Shown one piece after another: positions 37,951 through 48,075 of a DNA stretch of 64,000 bases (its first letter is position 1; each line of letters begins with the position of its first letter). Made by a program: the position numbers and the translations under genes. Below the pieces are notes generated by a model. It was not told the origin of the DNA. It did not search any database and was given only the letters and a program-made list of their open reading frames with translations. Source of the stretch: Candidatus Eiseniibacteriota bacterium (GTDB lineage Bacteria; Eisenbacteria; RBG-16-71-46; JABDJR01); NCBI GenBank assembly GCA_963783375.1, contig CAWANH010000029.1, positions 531,072-595,071 of the forward strand, given 5' to 3'.

Positions 37951-39285
37951 CGCTCTCCCATGGCCATGGCCGGGAACGCCTCCGCCTCGAACTCCTCCCG
38001 GTCGGGGACGCCGAGGATCGGGGCCCAGGACGCCTCCACCTCCACCCCGAGCTCGCGGGCCAGATCGCCGGGGGCGAGGTCGTCCAGGAACACGCCGTCC
38101 TCGTTTACCGATTCGTCGGGGACGAGCACCAGGTCCCCGGGGCGGACCCGGGGGCGCGCGGCCTCGAGCAGGTCCCGTCCCCCCAAGAGCCCCGCCACCG
38201 TGGTGGGCCGGCCGAAGAGGCGGTTCTCCACCGCGACGGCGTGCAGCGAAACCTCGGGGAGGCGGGCGGCGAGGCGCGGGAGGTGACCGGTCAGGACCGG
38301 GGCGAAGCTCTCGCCGGTGAGGATCCACACCCGCTCGATCCCCCGCCGGCGGAGCGCGGCCCCCCCGGGGATGGGCGTCCTCGAAGAACATGAGGGCGCT
38401 CCGCACCAGGCCCACCCCGTTCTCGCGCTGTCCGAAGTCGCCGTAGTAGGCGGCGGTGGGAATCGGCTTCCCGGCCAGGATCACCAGCTCGTCGGCCACG
38501 TAGGCGAACGGGGTCCCCAGCCGCCGCTCCATGGCCCGTCCGGTGCGCCGGACCTGGGCGGCCAGCCGGCGCGCCTCGGCCCGGGTGAAGGTGCGCATCT
38601 CCGGGAGGTTCTCGCGATGGGCGGTGAGCCCCACCGGCACCACGGAGACCGATCGCACTCCGGGGTAGTAGGCGGCCAGACCTTCGATCGTTTCCTCGAG
38701 CACCGCCCCGTCGTTCACACCGGGCACCGCCACGATCTGGGTATGGAGGGTGATCCCTCCGTCCAGGAGCTGCTCGATCCGGCGGCGGATCTCCCCCGCG
38801 CGCTTGCTCTTCAGCACCCGCTCCCGCACCGCGGGATCCAGGGCGTGCACCGAAATGTAGAGCGGCGAGAGCTCCTGCTCGATGATCCGTTCGAACTCCC
38901 ATTCCTTGAGGTTGGTCAGGGTCACGAAGTGGCCGTTCAGGTAGGAGTAGCGGTAGTCGTCGTCCCGGTAGTGGAGGCTTTTCCGGAGGCCCTCGGGGAG
39001 CTGGTCCACGAAGCAGAACGGGCAGTCGTTCCCGCAGATGCGGATCCGGGGCTCGGCGAAGCGGAGCCCCAGGGGACGGCCGTAGGTGCGGACGATCCGG
39101 ACCTCGTAGGGCTTTCCGTAGACGTCCTTTTCCTCCACGGTGAGGTCGAGGATCTCCTCCCCCAGCCAGAGATGCAGGTCCAGGAAGTCGCGCACCGCGC
39201 GGCCGTTCACCCGGACGACCCGGTTTCCCGGACGGAGACCGGCCTCGGCGGCCAGGGAACCGGGGTCGACGGAAATGATGTCCAC
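37947..39285 (-). CDS. DUF512 / radical-SAM-like PDZ-domain protein (one apparent frameshift at a C7G4 run near 38355)
   Basis: The N-terminal 300 aa, MDIISVDPGSLAAEAGLRPGNRVV...CGNDCPFCFVDQ..., run in one frame. The C-terminal ...WILTGESFAPVLTGHLPRLAA...GRPTTVAGLLGG...GDLVLVPDE runs in another. There is a 4-nt overlap with the der start. Confidence 0.7.
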
Positions 39286-39490
39286 GGGTTGGGCTCCCCT
39301 TGCCGACCCGGGGGGTTCCGGGCCTCGCGGAGGTTCTTAGGCAATTCAAAATAAGTGCAAGCAGTTAAAAAGATTACGGGGTTCCTGTCAAGCCATATCT
39401 CGGGCCGTCGGCCCTTCCCGGGGGCTTCGGTCCGCCCGCCGACGCCCCGGCGGGCGGCGTGGGGTCGGGATCGGACCGGGTGGGGAGAGA

Positions 39491-39566
39491 TGGAGCGGGC
39501 GACCGGATTCGAACCGGCGACATTCAGCTTGGGAAGCTGACACTCTACCAACTGAGTTACGCCCGC
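39491..39566 (-). tRNA. tRNA-Gly (anticodon CCC)
   Basis: Manual cloverleaf: GCGGGCG acceptor, anticodon loop TTCCCAA, T-loop TTCGAAT and an encoded CCA. Confidence 0.88.
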
Positions 39567-39700
39567 TCTCGAATTGGCAGGGGGGATTGAACCCGATGCG
39601 GGGAGTCGGTGTCAAGCGGATGCGGCGCGGGGAGCCCGCCCCGGTCGCCAAATTCACCCGGACAACCGGGCAGGGTCCGCGAAAATATCCACGGCTCGGG

Positions 39701-40621
39701 CTACCGCTTCCAGGCCCGCAGCACCCGCTCGGCGGTGGTCTCCGGAGACTCGTTCGGGACCACCTGGAGCCACCGGGCGTCGCTCAGGCTCCGGAACCAC
39801 GTGCGCTGCCGCTTCACGAACCGCCAGGTGCTGCGCACGATCTCATCGATCCACTTCCGGGGGTCGAGATCCCCATCGAGGAACCGCACGGTCTCGGCGA
39901 ATCCCACACTCTTCATGGCGGGAAGATCGGTGGGGACCCCCCGGTCGAGAAGCGCCTGCACCTCCGCCTCGAGCCCGCCGTCCACCATGCCGAGGACCCG
40001 CGCGCGCACCCGTGCCTGGAGATCCGCGTTCTCACGGTCGAGGATGGCGATGGCCGCGTCGACCTCGGTCCGGCGTCCCTTGGTGCGGAGCTCGCTGGTG
40101 GGGCGGCCGGTGAGCGCCATGATCTCGAGCGCGCGCATCACCCGCTGGGCGTCGCGGGGGGAGATTCCCTCCGCCGCCTCGGGATCGAGCCGGGCCAGCT
40201 CCACGTAGAGCGCCTCCACCCCTTCGCGCTCCAGGCGGAGGCGGATCTTCGCCCGCAGCGCCTCGTCCTTGGGGAGATCCTCGTTCAACCCGCCCAGGGC
40301 TGCGCGGAGATACAATCCAGAACCCCCGACCAGGAGCGCGGTCTTCCCGCGGCCCTCGATCTCCTCCACCGCGGCCCGGGCTCGCCGGCCGAACTCCCCC
40401 GCGCTCATCACCGCCTCGGGCTCGACCTCCGCCACCAGATGATGGGGGACGCGTTCTCGCTCGGCGCGGGTGGGAGCGGCGCTCCCGATCTCGAGCCCCC
40501 GGTAGATCTGGCGGGAGTCCACCGAGACGATCTCCGCGCCGAGGGCTTCGGCCAGGGGAAGGCTCACCGCGGTCTTTCCAGAAGCAGTCGGCCCGAGAAG
40601 CACTCGGAGCGGTTCGTTCAT
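39701..40621 (-). CDS. miaA: tRNA dimethylallyltransferase
   Basis: LLGPTASGKTAVSL...IVSVDSRQIYRGLEIGSAAP. Confidence 0.9.
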   Translation of the reverse strand: MNEPLRVLLGPTASGKTAVSLPLAEALGAEIVSVDSRQIYRGLEIGSAAPTRAERERVPHHLVAEVEPEAVMSAGEFGRRARAAVEEIEGRGKTALLVGGSGLYLRAALGGLNEDLPKDEALRAKIRLRLEREGVEALYVELARLDPEAAEGISPRDAQRVMRALEIMALTGRPTSELRTKGRRTEVDAAIAILDRENADLQARVRARVLGMVDGGLEAEVQALLDRGVPTDLPAMKSVGFAETVRFLDGDLDPRKWIDEIVRSTWRFVKRQRTWFRSLSDARWLQVVPNESPETTAERVLRAWKR

Positions 40622-40652
40622 CGGTCGTCCTCCACCCGGATCGCTTGGTTCA

Positions 40653-42431
40653 CTATCCCGACCGGCCGAACCTCCGGTGAAGATCGGTGAGGGGGACCCG
40701 GAGAAAAACCGGGCGGCCGTGAGGGTCCCCTTGGGGTTTGTCGGTGGCGAAGAGCTGGTTCACCAGGACGTTCATTTCCTCGAGGCTGAGCTTCTGGCCC
40801 GCCTTCACCGCGCCCTGGCAGGCCACCGCGCGGGCCACCCGCTCGGTGACGTCCATGCTGGTGGGAAGCTCGGTCACGTGGTCGAGCACGTCGCGGAGCA
40901 GCGCCCCGTGCCGCCACTCGCGAAGTCCGGCGGGGATGGCGTGAACAAGCACCGTGGTGCCGCCGAACACCTCCAGGTGGAAGCCCAGCTTCTCCAGCAC
41001 CGAGTGCGATTCCAGAAGCAGCGAGAACTCGTCGTGAGTGAGGTCCACGGTGAGCGGGAAGAGGAGTTCCTGGCTCGCGGCCGGAGCGCCTTCCAGGCGG
41101 AGCATCGCCTGCTCGAAGAGCACGCGCTCGTGCGCCGCGTGCTGATCGATGACGAGGAGAGCGCCCTCGATCGCCCCCAGGACGTAGGTCTTGTGGAGCT
41201 GCCAGAGGTTGGCCAGGACCGGCGCGGCTTCGTCCTCCTCCGGTTCGGCGGGAGCGAAGTCCCGCGAGGCCCCGGAGGGGAAGGGCACGATGCGCGGGGG
41301 CTCAGCGTCCCTCGGCTCCCCCACCCGGGACGCCCCCCCGAAGTCCGCCGGGGCGGCCGGAAACCGGAGCGATCGTTGGCCGGGCTCCGGCCCCGCCGGC
41401 GGCGCCGCGGTCCCCGCCCCCAGCTTCAGGCTGGGAAAGTGGTTCTCCACCCGGTCCTTCAGCAACCGGATGAGGCGCGGGTAGAGCTCGCGCTCCCGGA
41501 GCAGCCGCACCTCCCGCTTGGTGGGGTGGACGTTGACGTCGACCTCCTCGGGGGGAAGGCGGAGGTGGAGGATGGCCTCGGGATGGCGCGAGGGCGGGAT
41601 GAGATCGCCGTAGGCCTCCCGCACCGCGACCTTGAGGAGCGGGCTCATGATCCAGCGGTCGTTCACGAGAAAGGTCTGACGGGTGCCGCGGGCGCGGGAG
41701 TCCTCGGGCGCCCCGAGAAAGCCCTCCAGGGCCAGACCCGGCCCCTCCTCCAGCACCGGCACCATGCGGGCCAGCCGCTCCCGGCCCAGGATCTGCCCCA
41801 GGCGGGCGTGGAGGTCCTCGGCGGCGGGGAGGTTGAGCGAGGTCTTTCCGTCCAGCACCAGGAAGAAGGCGGTCTCGGGACGGGCGAGGGCGTAGGCCTG
41901 GAGGAGCTGGGAGATGTATCGAAGCTCCGAGGCGTCGGACTTCATGAACTTCCGGCGGGCCGGGGTGTTGAAGAAGAGGTCGCGCACCTCCACCGTGGTT
42001 CCCGCCGCCCGCGCCGCGGGCCCGGGGGCGGCGATCCTCCCGTCCTCCACCGTAATCTCCGCCCCCATGGATTCCTCGGCGGACCGGCTCACGATGCGGA
42101 GCCGCGACACCGCCCCGATGGCGGCCAGCCCTTCCCCGCGAAACCCGAGGGAGGCGATGTGGACCAGATCGTCCGAGTCGGAGATCTTGCTGGTGGCGTG
42201 GCGCTGGACCGCGACCGCCAGCTCGGCGGCGGCGATTCCCCCCCCATCGTCGGACACCCGGATGAGCGCGGTGAGGGGTCCCTCCACCGAGACCTCGATG
42301 CGGCGGGCGCCGGCGTCCACCGCATTCTCCACCAGCTCCTTCACCACCGATCCCGGACGCTCCACCACTTCTCCGGCGGCGATCCGCCCCACCAGGGCGT
42401 CGGGAAGCACGCGAATGGGGGGCGGCTTCAC
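40653..42431 (-). CDS. mutL: DNA mismatch repair protein MutL
   Basis: IRVLPDALVGRIAAGEVVERPGSVVKELVENAVDAGA...GFRGEGLAAI... The product is 592 aa. Confidence 0.92.
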   Translation of the reverse strand: MKPPPIRVLPDALVGRIAAGEVVERPGSVVKELVENAVDAGARRIEVSVEGPLTALIRVSDDGGGIAAAELAVAVQRHATSKISDSDDLVHIASLGFRGEGLAAIGAVSRLRIVSRSAEESMGAEITVEDGRIAAPGPAARAAGTTVEVRDLFFNTPARRKFMKSDASELRYISQLLQAYALARPETAFFLVLDGKTSLNLPAAEDLHARLGQILGRERLARMVPVLEEGPGLALEGFLGAPEDSRARGTRQTFLVNDRWIMSPLLKVAVREAYGDLIPPSRHPEAILHLRLPPEEVDVNVHPTKREVRLLRERELYPRLIRLLKDRVENHFPSLKLGAGTAAPPAGPEPGQRSLRFPAAPADFGGASRVGEPRDAEPPRIVPFPSGASRDFAPAEPEEDEAAPVLANLWQLHKTYVLGAIEGALLVIDQHAAHERVLFEQAMLRLEGAPAASQELLFPLTVDLTHDEFSLLLESHSVLEKLGFHLEVFGGTTVLVHAIPAGLREWRHGALLRDVLDHVTELPTSMDVTERVARAVACQGAVKAGQKLSLEEMNVLVNQLFATDKPQGDPHGRPVFLRVPLTDLHRRFGRSG

Positions 42432-43624
42432 CAGGTGGGCACCTCACCGGCCAGGGCCAGTTCCACCCGACGAAGCTTCAGGGGCCAGTGCGGGTCGGCG
42501 TCGACACCGGTCAGGTGGATCCGGATCTCCGGCGCGGGATCCCAGCGCCGCCAGGGAGAGGCGTCGGTCTCGAAGGTCGCGGCGAGGAGCGCCTTGGGAA
42601 GAACCAGGCTCCCGGTGAACCCCACCCCCTCGCCCCGGGCCTGCACCAGTTTCCAGCCCGCCCCCTCATCGTGCCAGAACAGCGCGGCCGATGCCCCCAG
42701 CTCGTCGAGCACCGGGGTGGACCAGGCGGCCAGGGCCTGGCCGTCGGCCTGGGGGTCGGGCAGTCCATGGGCGGCCAGGGCGTGGGCCCGGCGCCGCCAC
42801 CCCATGAGATCGCGGAGCGCCATGTCCTCGGCCACGCGGGCCAGAGCGTCGAGGTTCACCCGCCCCCCGGCCTCACCCACCCCGGTCAGACGGAACCGCC
42901 CCCAGGAGGAGGGAATCTCTATGCCGGCTCCCGGCTCCCTCGAGTCGGCGCCGCCGGGAGCCGCACCCACGGCCACCCAGGGAACCCAGACCTCGGTCAT
43001 GCCGTCCCACCAGAGGACGGCCGCGGCGTCCTCCCCGATCGCCTGCCGAACCAGGTAGCGGAAGGAATCCTCCGGGTGCTTCCAGATGTCGGGGGGCGGC
43101 GCCGCGTCGCCGGGTGGGGGGGCCGGAGAGCTTGGATCGGCGGTCACGTTGAACTCCTTGGATTGATAGGGCGTTGAACGATTGCTTTCAGGCAATTTCG
43201 AGGCTGCGGCGACCGGCTCGACGGGATCGCTTCCGGGCACGGCGGCCACGGTGGAGGTGGGCTCGGGACCGGGGGCGGAGACCGCCGCCCAGCTCGCCCG
43301 GGCCTGCTCCAGGGCCGAGGTCACCAGCGTGCGCTCCCGCCCCACGTCGTCGGGATGGATGATCCGTGCTCCCACCTGGCGCCAGGCCTCCGCCATCTCC
43401 GCCGCCGGTCCCCCGCCTCGGGCCGGCACAACCACCACGTCGTCGGGACGGGGCCGGGGAGGCTCGGTAAGCGCCGGAAACTCCGCCAGAGAGGCCAGGC
43501 AGAGGATCAGCGCCTCGGGATCGGGGTGGACGGCGAGAACCTCGGGACGAGGATCCATGAGGGAGACTTGCGACAGGACGTCCACGTCGTCCTCGCCGAG
43601 GCCCAAGAGTACGAGTCTGGACAT
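42428..43624 (-). CDS. Hypothetical protein with a possible receiver-like N-domain and a GAF-like C-domain, translationally coupled to mutL
   Basis: The product is 398 aa. Its stop overlaps the mutL start by 4 nt. The domain assignment is by weak pattern only. Confidence 0.5.
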   Translation of the reverse strand: MSRLVLLGLGEDDVDVLSQVSLMDPRPEVLAVHPDPEALILCLASLAEFPALTEPPRPRPDDVVVVPARGGGPAAEMAEAWRQVGARIIHPDDVGRERTLVTSALEQARASWAAVSAPGPEPTSTVAAVPGSDPVEPVAAASKLPESNRSTPYQSKEFNVTADPSSPAPPPGDAAPPPDIWKHPEDSFRYLVRQAIGEDAAAVLWWDGMTEVWVPWVAVGAAPGGADSREPGAGIEIPSSWGRFRLTGVGEAGGRVNLDALARVAEDMALRDLMGWRRRAHALAAHGLPDPQADGQALAAWSTPVLDELGASAALFWHDEGAGWKLVQARGEGVGFTGSLVLPKALLAATFETDASPWRRWDPAPEIRIHLTGVDADPHWPLKLRRVELALAGEVPTW

Positions 43625-43629
43625 GGTTG

Positions 43630-44682
43630 CTACTCCAAGTTGCGGGTCTCAAGGGAATTCGACCGGTCGGCGGGGCTACCATCGGAGATCGAGAGCGCCG
43701 CCTCGACCACCCGGTCCGCCCCGATCTCGAGCATGCAGCGGAAGTGCCTCCGCGGACAGCGCGGTCCCCCGTGCAGGGAGCAGGGGCGGCACGAGAGCCC
43801 CTCGATCGCCAGCACCCGGTGACCCGGGCCCACCGGCGCGAACCCAAAGGATCGCACGGTCGGACCGAAGATTGCCACCACCGGGGTGCCCACCGCCGCC
43901 GCGACGTGCATGAGCCCGGTATCCCCGGTGACCACCCCGGAGAGGCGGGCCAGGTACGCAGCCACCTGCGGGAGGTCCGGCTCCAGGATCGGCGTCCACT
44001 CGCCCCCGGCGGGCCACGCCTCCCGCCAGGCGTCTAGGAGCGCCTCCTCCCCCGGGCCGAAGAAGACCGGCACCGGCCCCCGCCCGGCCCCGGCCAGGCG
44101 GCGGCCCACCTCCACGAAACGCTCCAGCGGCCAGCGCTTGGTGGCGTGGCGGGCTCCGGGAACCATACCCAACCGACCGGGGCCGGGAATCCGTCCCGCG
44201 GCCCCGGCCCTGAGCGTTGGGGACGGGAAGAGGGCGGGGAGGGCGTTCGAGCCCGGGAGCACGGCTTCCGCGAACGCCCGGGCCACGCGGAATTCCGGTG
44301 GAGGGCCGAAGCGCCGGGTGAGGACCAGGAGACGGCGGCGAACGTCGTGGCGCTCGGGACGGTGGACCTGCGACACCCCGGCCAGCCCGAGAAGCAGTCG
44401 CGTGCGCGGCGAGGCCTGGAGATCGAAGGCCTCGGCGAAGCGTTCCCGACGAAGTCGCGCTGCCCAGGCCCGGATCCCGGACGGTCCCCGTTCCCCGGAA
44501 GGCCACGCCCAAACCCGCCGGACCGCGGGGTGCCCGTCCCAGAGCGAAGCCCACTCCGCCTTCACCAGGACGTCCACCGACCCGTCCCCCCACCGCTCCC
44601 GCGCCGCGGAAGCGGCCGCGGTGGAGAGCACCACGTCCCCCAGGGAGCCGAGGCGGATGAGGAGGCGAGGCTCGGCGGTCAC
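43630..44682 (-). CDS. Glycosyltransferase family 9 (ADP-heptose:LPS heptosyltransferase-like)
   Basis: LLIRLGSLGDVVLSTAA...GARHATKRWPLERF...GDTGLMHVAAAVGTPVVAIFGPT. Confidence 0.8.
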   Translation of the reverse strand: MTAEPRLLIRLGSLGDVVLSTAAASAARERWGDGSVDVLVKAEWASLWDGHPAVRRVWAWPSGERGPSGIRAWAARLRRERFAEAFDLQASPRTRLLLGLAGVSQVHRPERHDVRRRLLVLTRRFGPPPEFRVARAFAEAVLPGSNALPALFPSPTLRAGAAGRIPGPGRLGMVPGARHATKRWPLERFVEVGRRLAGAGRGPVPVFFGPGEEALLDAWREAWPAGGEWTPILEPDLPQVAAYLARLSGVVTGDTGLMHVAAAVGTPVVAIFGPTVRSFGFAPVGPGHRVLAIEGLSCRPCSLHGGPRCPRRHFRCMLEIGADRVVEAALSISDGSPADRSNSLETRNLE

Positions 44683-47249
44683 CCCCGTTTCGGCCGGGCC
44701 GCCGCCTTGTCCTGGGATGCCGACCCTCTCTTGCCGTCGGCGGGACGGCCCCGGGTCCCGGCCTTCTTCCGGGTCTGCTGCTTCTTCCGGCCCGTCCGCC
44801 GAAGGGCGGCCTCCAGGACTTCGCCGATGGTGTGGGCCAAGACGAACTGCATGTCCTTCCGCACCCCTTCGGGAACCTCGTCCAGCTCGGATTCGTTGTG
44901 GGCGGGAAGGATGACCCGCTTGATCCCCGCCCGCCGCGCCCCCAGCACCTTCGATTTGACTCCGCCGATGGGGAGCACGTTTCCGCGGAGGGAGATCTCC
45001 CCGGTCATGGCGGTGTCGGAGCGCACCGGCTGTCCGGTGAGCAGGGAGACCAGGGCGGTGACCATGGCCACCCCCGCCGAAGGCCCGTCCTTGGGCATGG
45101 CTCCGGCCGGAACGTGGATGTGGAAATCGGTCTGCTCGAATTCGGGCCGCTCCACCCCCAGATCATCGGCGTGGGAACGGACGTAGGAGAGCGCGGCGAT
45201 GGCCGACTCCCGCATCACGTCGCCGAGCTGGCCGGTCAGGGTGAGGTTCCCCCGTCCCGGCATGCGCGTGGCCTCGACGAAGAGAATCTCCCCGCCGTAG
45301 GGGGTCCAGGCCAGACCGGTCACCACCCCGACCCGGTTCTTGCGTTCCCGCTTCTCGCGGAACACCTTGGACTGGCCCAGGTAGTCGGCGATGTTCTTCC
45401 GGGTGACCGAGGCCTTCACCCGTTTCCCGCGGGCCACCCGCGTGGCCACCTTGCGGGCCACCCGGTTGATCTGGCGCTCCAGCTCCCGGACCCCCGCCTC
45501 GTGGGTATACTCGTTGGCGATGGTGGAAAGGGCGGAGCGGGCGATCCGGAGGTGCTTGCCGCCGATGCCGTTGTCGGCCAGGGCCCGCGGCACCAGGTAG
45601 CGCCGGGCGATCTCCACCTTGTCCTGGGTGGTGTAGCCGGGAAGCTCGATCACTTCCATGCGGTCCCGGAGCGGGCCGGGGATGGAGTAGAGCACGTTGG
45701 CGGTGGTGATGAAGAGAACCCGGGAGAGATCGTAGGGAACGTTCAGGTAGTTGTCCTGGAAGCTGTTGTTCTGCGCCGGGTCGAGCACCTCGAGGAGCGC
45801 CGAGGTGGGATCGCCGCGGAAGTCCGCGCCCACCTTGTCCACCTCGTCCAGCATGAACACCGGGTCGGGGGACTTGGCCGACGCCACCCCCTGGACGATC
45901 CGTCCGGGCATGGCTCCGATGTAGGTGCGCCGGTGGCCCCGGATCTCCGCCTCGTCGTGGAGGCCGCCCAGGGACAGGCGCACGAAAGGCCGCCCCAGCG
46001 CCCGCGCGATCGACTGGCCGAGGGAGGTCTTCCCCACTCCGGGCGGCCCCGACAGGCAGAGGATGGGGCTTCGGGGATGCTGGGTGAGCTTCCGCACGGC
46101 AAGGTACTCGATGATCCGCTCTTTCACCTCGGTCAGGTCGAAGTGGTCCTGGTTCAGGATCGCCTCCGCCTTGGCGATATCGATGGCCGGGCGCTTCACC
46201 CCCTTCCACGGCACCTGGAGCATCCAGTCGATGTAGGTGCGGGCCACGGTGTACTCCGCGGCCTGGGGCGGCATGACCTTCAGGCGGTCGAATTCCTTCA
46301 GGGTGGCCTCGTGGGCCGCCTCCGGCATCTCCGCCTCATCGATCCGCTTCATGAGCTCGGCCAGCTCGGGATTCTCCTCCTCCCCGCCCAGCTCCTTCTG
46401 GATGGCCTTCAGCTGCTGACGCAGGTAGAACTCGCGCTGGGTCTTCTCCATCTCGCTCTGGACCTGATCCTGGATCCGGCGCCCCAGGGCAAGGATGTCC
46501 AGCTCCCGCACCATGAAGGCGGTGACCCGCTCCAGCCGCTTCTCCGAGTCCCGCTCCTCGAGGAGCGCCAGCTTGTCGGTCAGCTTGAGGTTGAGATTCG
46601 CTCCGAGGAAGTCGGCCAACCGACCCGGGTCGTCCACGTTCAGAGCGACCACCTTGAGTTCCTCGGACAGATACCCGGTGGCGTCCACCAGCTTCTGGAA
46701 GAGCTCGAGCGCGTTCCGACGGAGCGCTTCCCCGCGACGCGAGACCTGCTTTTCCCCCGTCACCACCTCCACCCGTCCCTTGAGGAAGGGGCTCTGCTGG
46801 ATCAGCTCCACCAGCTTGATCCGGGCCACTCCCTGGACCAGGAGACGCATCCCGCCGTCCGGAAAGCGCAGCATCTTGTGGATGATGGCCGCGGTTCCGG
46901 TGCCGGACAGCTCGGAAACCGAGGCCACCGGGCGGGCCCGCGCCCCGACCTCGGAGCTTTCTCCCTCGTGATTCCGCCTCCCGGCGGCGCCGTCCCTTCC
47001 CGGGTCGTTCGGGGAGTCCGCCTCCGGGCCCCCCTCATCCTCCCCGGCTTCCACCGTGAACAACCCGATCATCTTGCTCCCGGCCAGGGCCTCGTCGATC
47101 GGGTCCAGGAGCTCCCGATCGCTCACCACCAGGGGAAACATCATGTACGGGAAGGCCACCACGTCCTTGAGGGGAACCAGGGGGAGGACGGTGGGGATCT
47201 CGAGCGACTGACCGGAGTCGGTCTTGACCGTTATCGTCGAATCAACCAT
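44679..47249 (-). CDS. lon: ATP-dependent protease Lon
   Basis: The 856-aa product has a Lon N-domain, an AAA+ module (GPPGVGKTSLG) and a protease domain (PKDGPSAGVAMVTAL). A low-complexity insert of about 45 aa lies in the N-domain. Confidence 0.92.
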   Translation of the reverse strand: MVDSTITVKTDSGQSLEIPTVLPLVPLKDVVAFPYMMFPLVVSDRELLDPIDEALAGSKMIGLFTVEAGEDEGGPEADSPNDPGRDGAAGRRNHEGESSEVGARARPVASVSELSGTGTAAIIHKMLRFPDGGMRLLVQGVARIKLVELIQQSPFLKGRVEVVTGEKQVSRRGEALRRNALELFQKLVDATGYLSEELKVVALNVDDPGRLADFLGANLNLKLTDKLALLEERDSEKRLERVTAFMVRELDILALGRRIQDQVQSEMEKTQREFYLRQQLKAIQKELGGEEENPELAELMKRIDEAEMPEAAHEATLKEFDRLKVMPPQAAEYTVARTYIDWMLQVPWKGVKRPAIDIAKAEAILNQDHFDLTEVKERIIEYLAVRKLTQHPRSPILCLSGPPGVGKTSLGQSIARALGRPFVRLSLGGLHDEAEIRGHRRTYIGAMPGRIVQGVASAKSPDPVFMLDEVDKVGADFRGDPTSALLEVLDPAQNNSFQDNYLNVPYDLSRVLFITTANVLYSIPGPLRDRMEVIELPGYTTQDKVEIARRYLVPRALADNGIGGKHLRIARSALSTIANEYTHEAGVRELERQINRVARKVATRVARGKRVKASVTRKNIADYLGQSKVFREKRERKNRVGVVTGLAWTPYGGEILFVEATRMPGRGNLTLTGQLGDVMRESAIAALSYVRSHADDLGVERPEFEQTDFHIHVPAGAMPKDGPSAGVAMVTALVSLLTGQPVRSDTAMTGEISLRGNVLPIGGVKSKVLGARRAGIKRVILPAHNESELDEVPEGVRKDMQFVLAHTIGEVLEAALRRTGRKKQQTRKKAGTRGRPADGKRGSASQDKAAARPKRG

Positions 47250-47254
47250 CGTCC

Positions 47255-47683
47255 CTATTCCACCTCAATTTGATGTTCCTGGGCTTTCGCCCGGGGACGG
47301 GCCTTGAGCCGGATCTCCAGCACCCCGTCGCGGTAAGTCGCCGCCGCGGCCGCGGCGGCAAAGCTCTCGGGCACCTGAATGCTTCGGGCGAAGGGGCCCA
47401 TCGCGATTTCCATCTTATGAAAGGTCTTCCGGCCGGGGGGCGTGTCGTCCCGCCGGAGTCCCCGAACGTGGACGATCCGGGAGCGCATGATCACCTGGAT
47501 GTCCTCGCGGTTCACCCCGCTCAAGTCCATCCGGATCACGAACTCGGTGTCCGTCTCGTAGGCGTCGGTGGCCGGATACCACACCACATCGGCCTCCACG
47601 CTGCTCCGGCCCGGTTCCAGAAACAGGTGCTCCACCAGCTCCCGGAAATTTCCCCATCGGTCTTCGAAATCACCGTCTACCAC
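47255..47683 (-). CDS. Hsp20-family small heat shock protein
   Basis: Alpha-crystallin domain: ...VWYPATDAYETDTEFVIRMDLSGVNREDIQV...DGVLEIRL. Confidence 0.85.
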   Translation of the reverse strand: MVDGDFEDRWGNFRELVEHLFLEPGRSSVEADVVWYPATDAYETDTEFVIRMDLSGVNREDIQVIMRSRIVHVRGLRRDDTPPGRKTFHKMEIAMGPFARSIQVPESFAAAAAAATYRDGVLEIRLKARPRAKAQEHQIEVE

Positions 47684-47693
47684 GGTACGTCTC

Positions 47694-48074
47694 CTACCAG
47701 GAGGTCTCTTCGTCCATGCTCTGATCGAACGCCATGACCCCGCCGAAGTCCTCCTTGCGGTCCTCGTCGGTCTTGGCCATGAGGCCCACCTCGATCAGGT
47801 TGTATACCACCTCGCCCACGTCCTCGCCCCGCTTGAGGCCCCAGAAGTTCAACACCGAGCGGGCCATGGGCCCGTACTCCCGGATGGCCATCTCCCGGAC
47901 TCCCTTGAGGAGTTGCGGCCCGGTGAGATGCTCCTTCTCCCTGCCCCGGTGATGGGTGCGCTGGAAGAAATCCAGGGCTGCCTGCACGAAGAAGTAGGCC
48001 TCCCGGGCGTAGCGGGTGTCGCGTTCCAGCACCCGGTCCAGGGTGGCTTCGTAGTCCTCGTCGCTCCCGCTCAT
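47694..48074 (-). CDS. Conserved hypothetical acidic protein
   Basis: The product is 126 aa. I cannot assign a domain. It is tightly packed between hsp20 and nadB. Confidence 0.5.
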   Translation of the reverse strand: MSGSDEDYEATLDRVLERDTRYAREAYFFVQAALDFFQRTHHRGREKEHLTGPQLLKGVREMAIREYGPMARSVLNFWGLKRGEDVGEVVYNLIEVGLMAKTDEDRKEDFGGVMAFDQSMDEETSW

Positions 48075-48075
48075 C

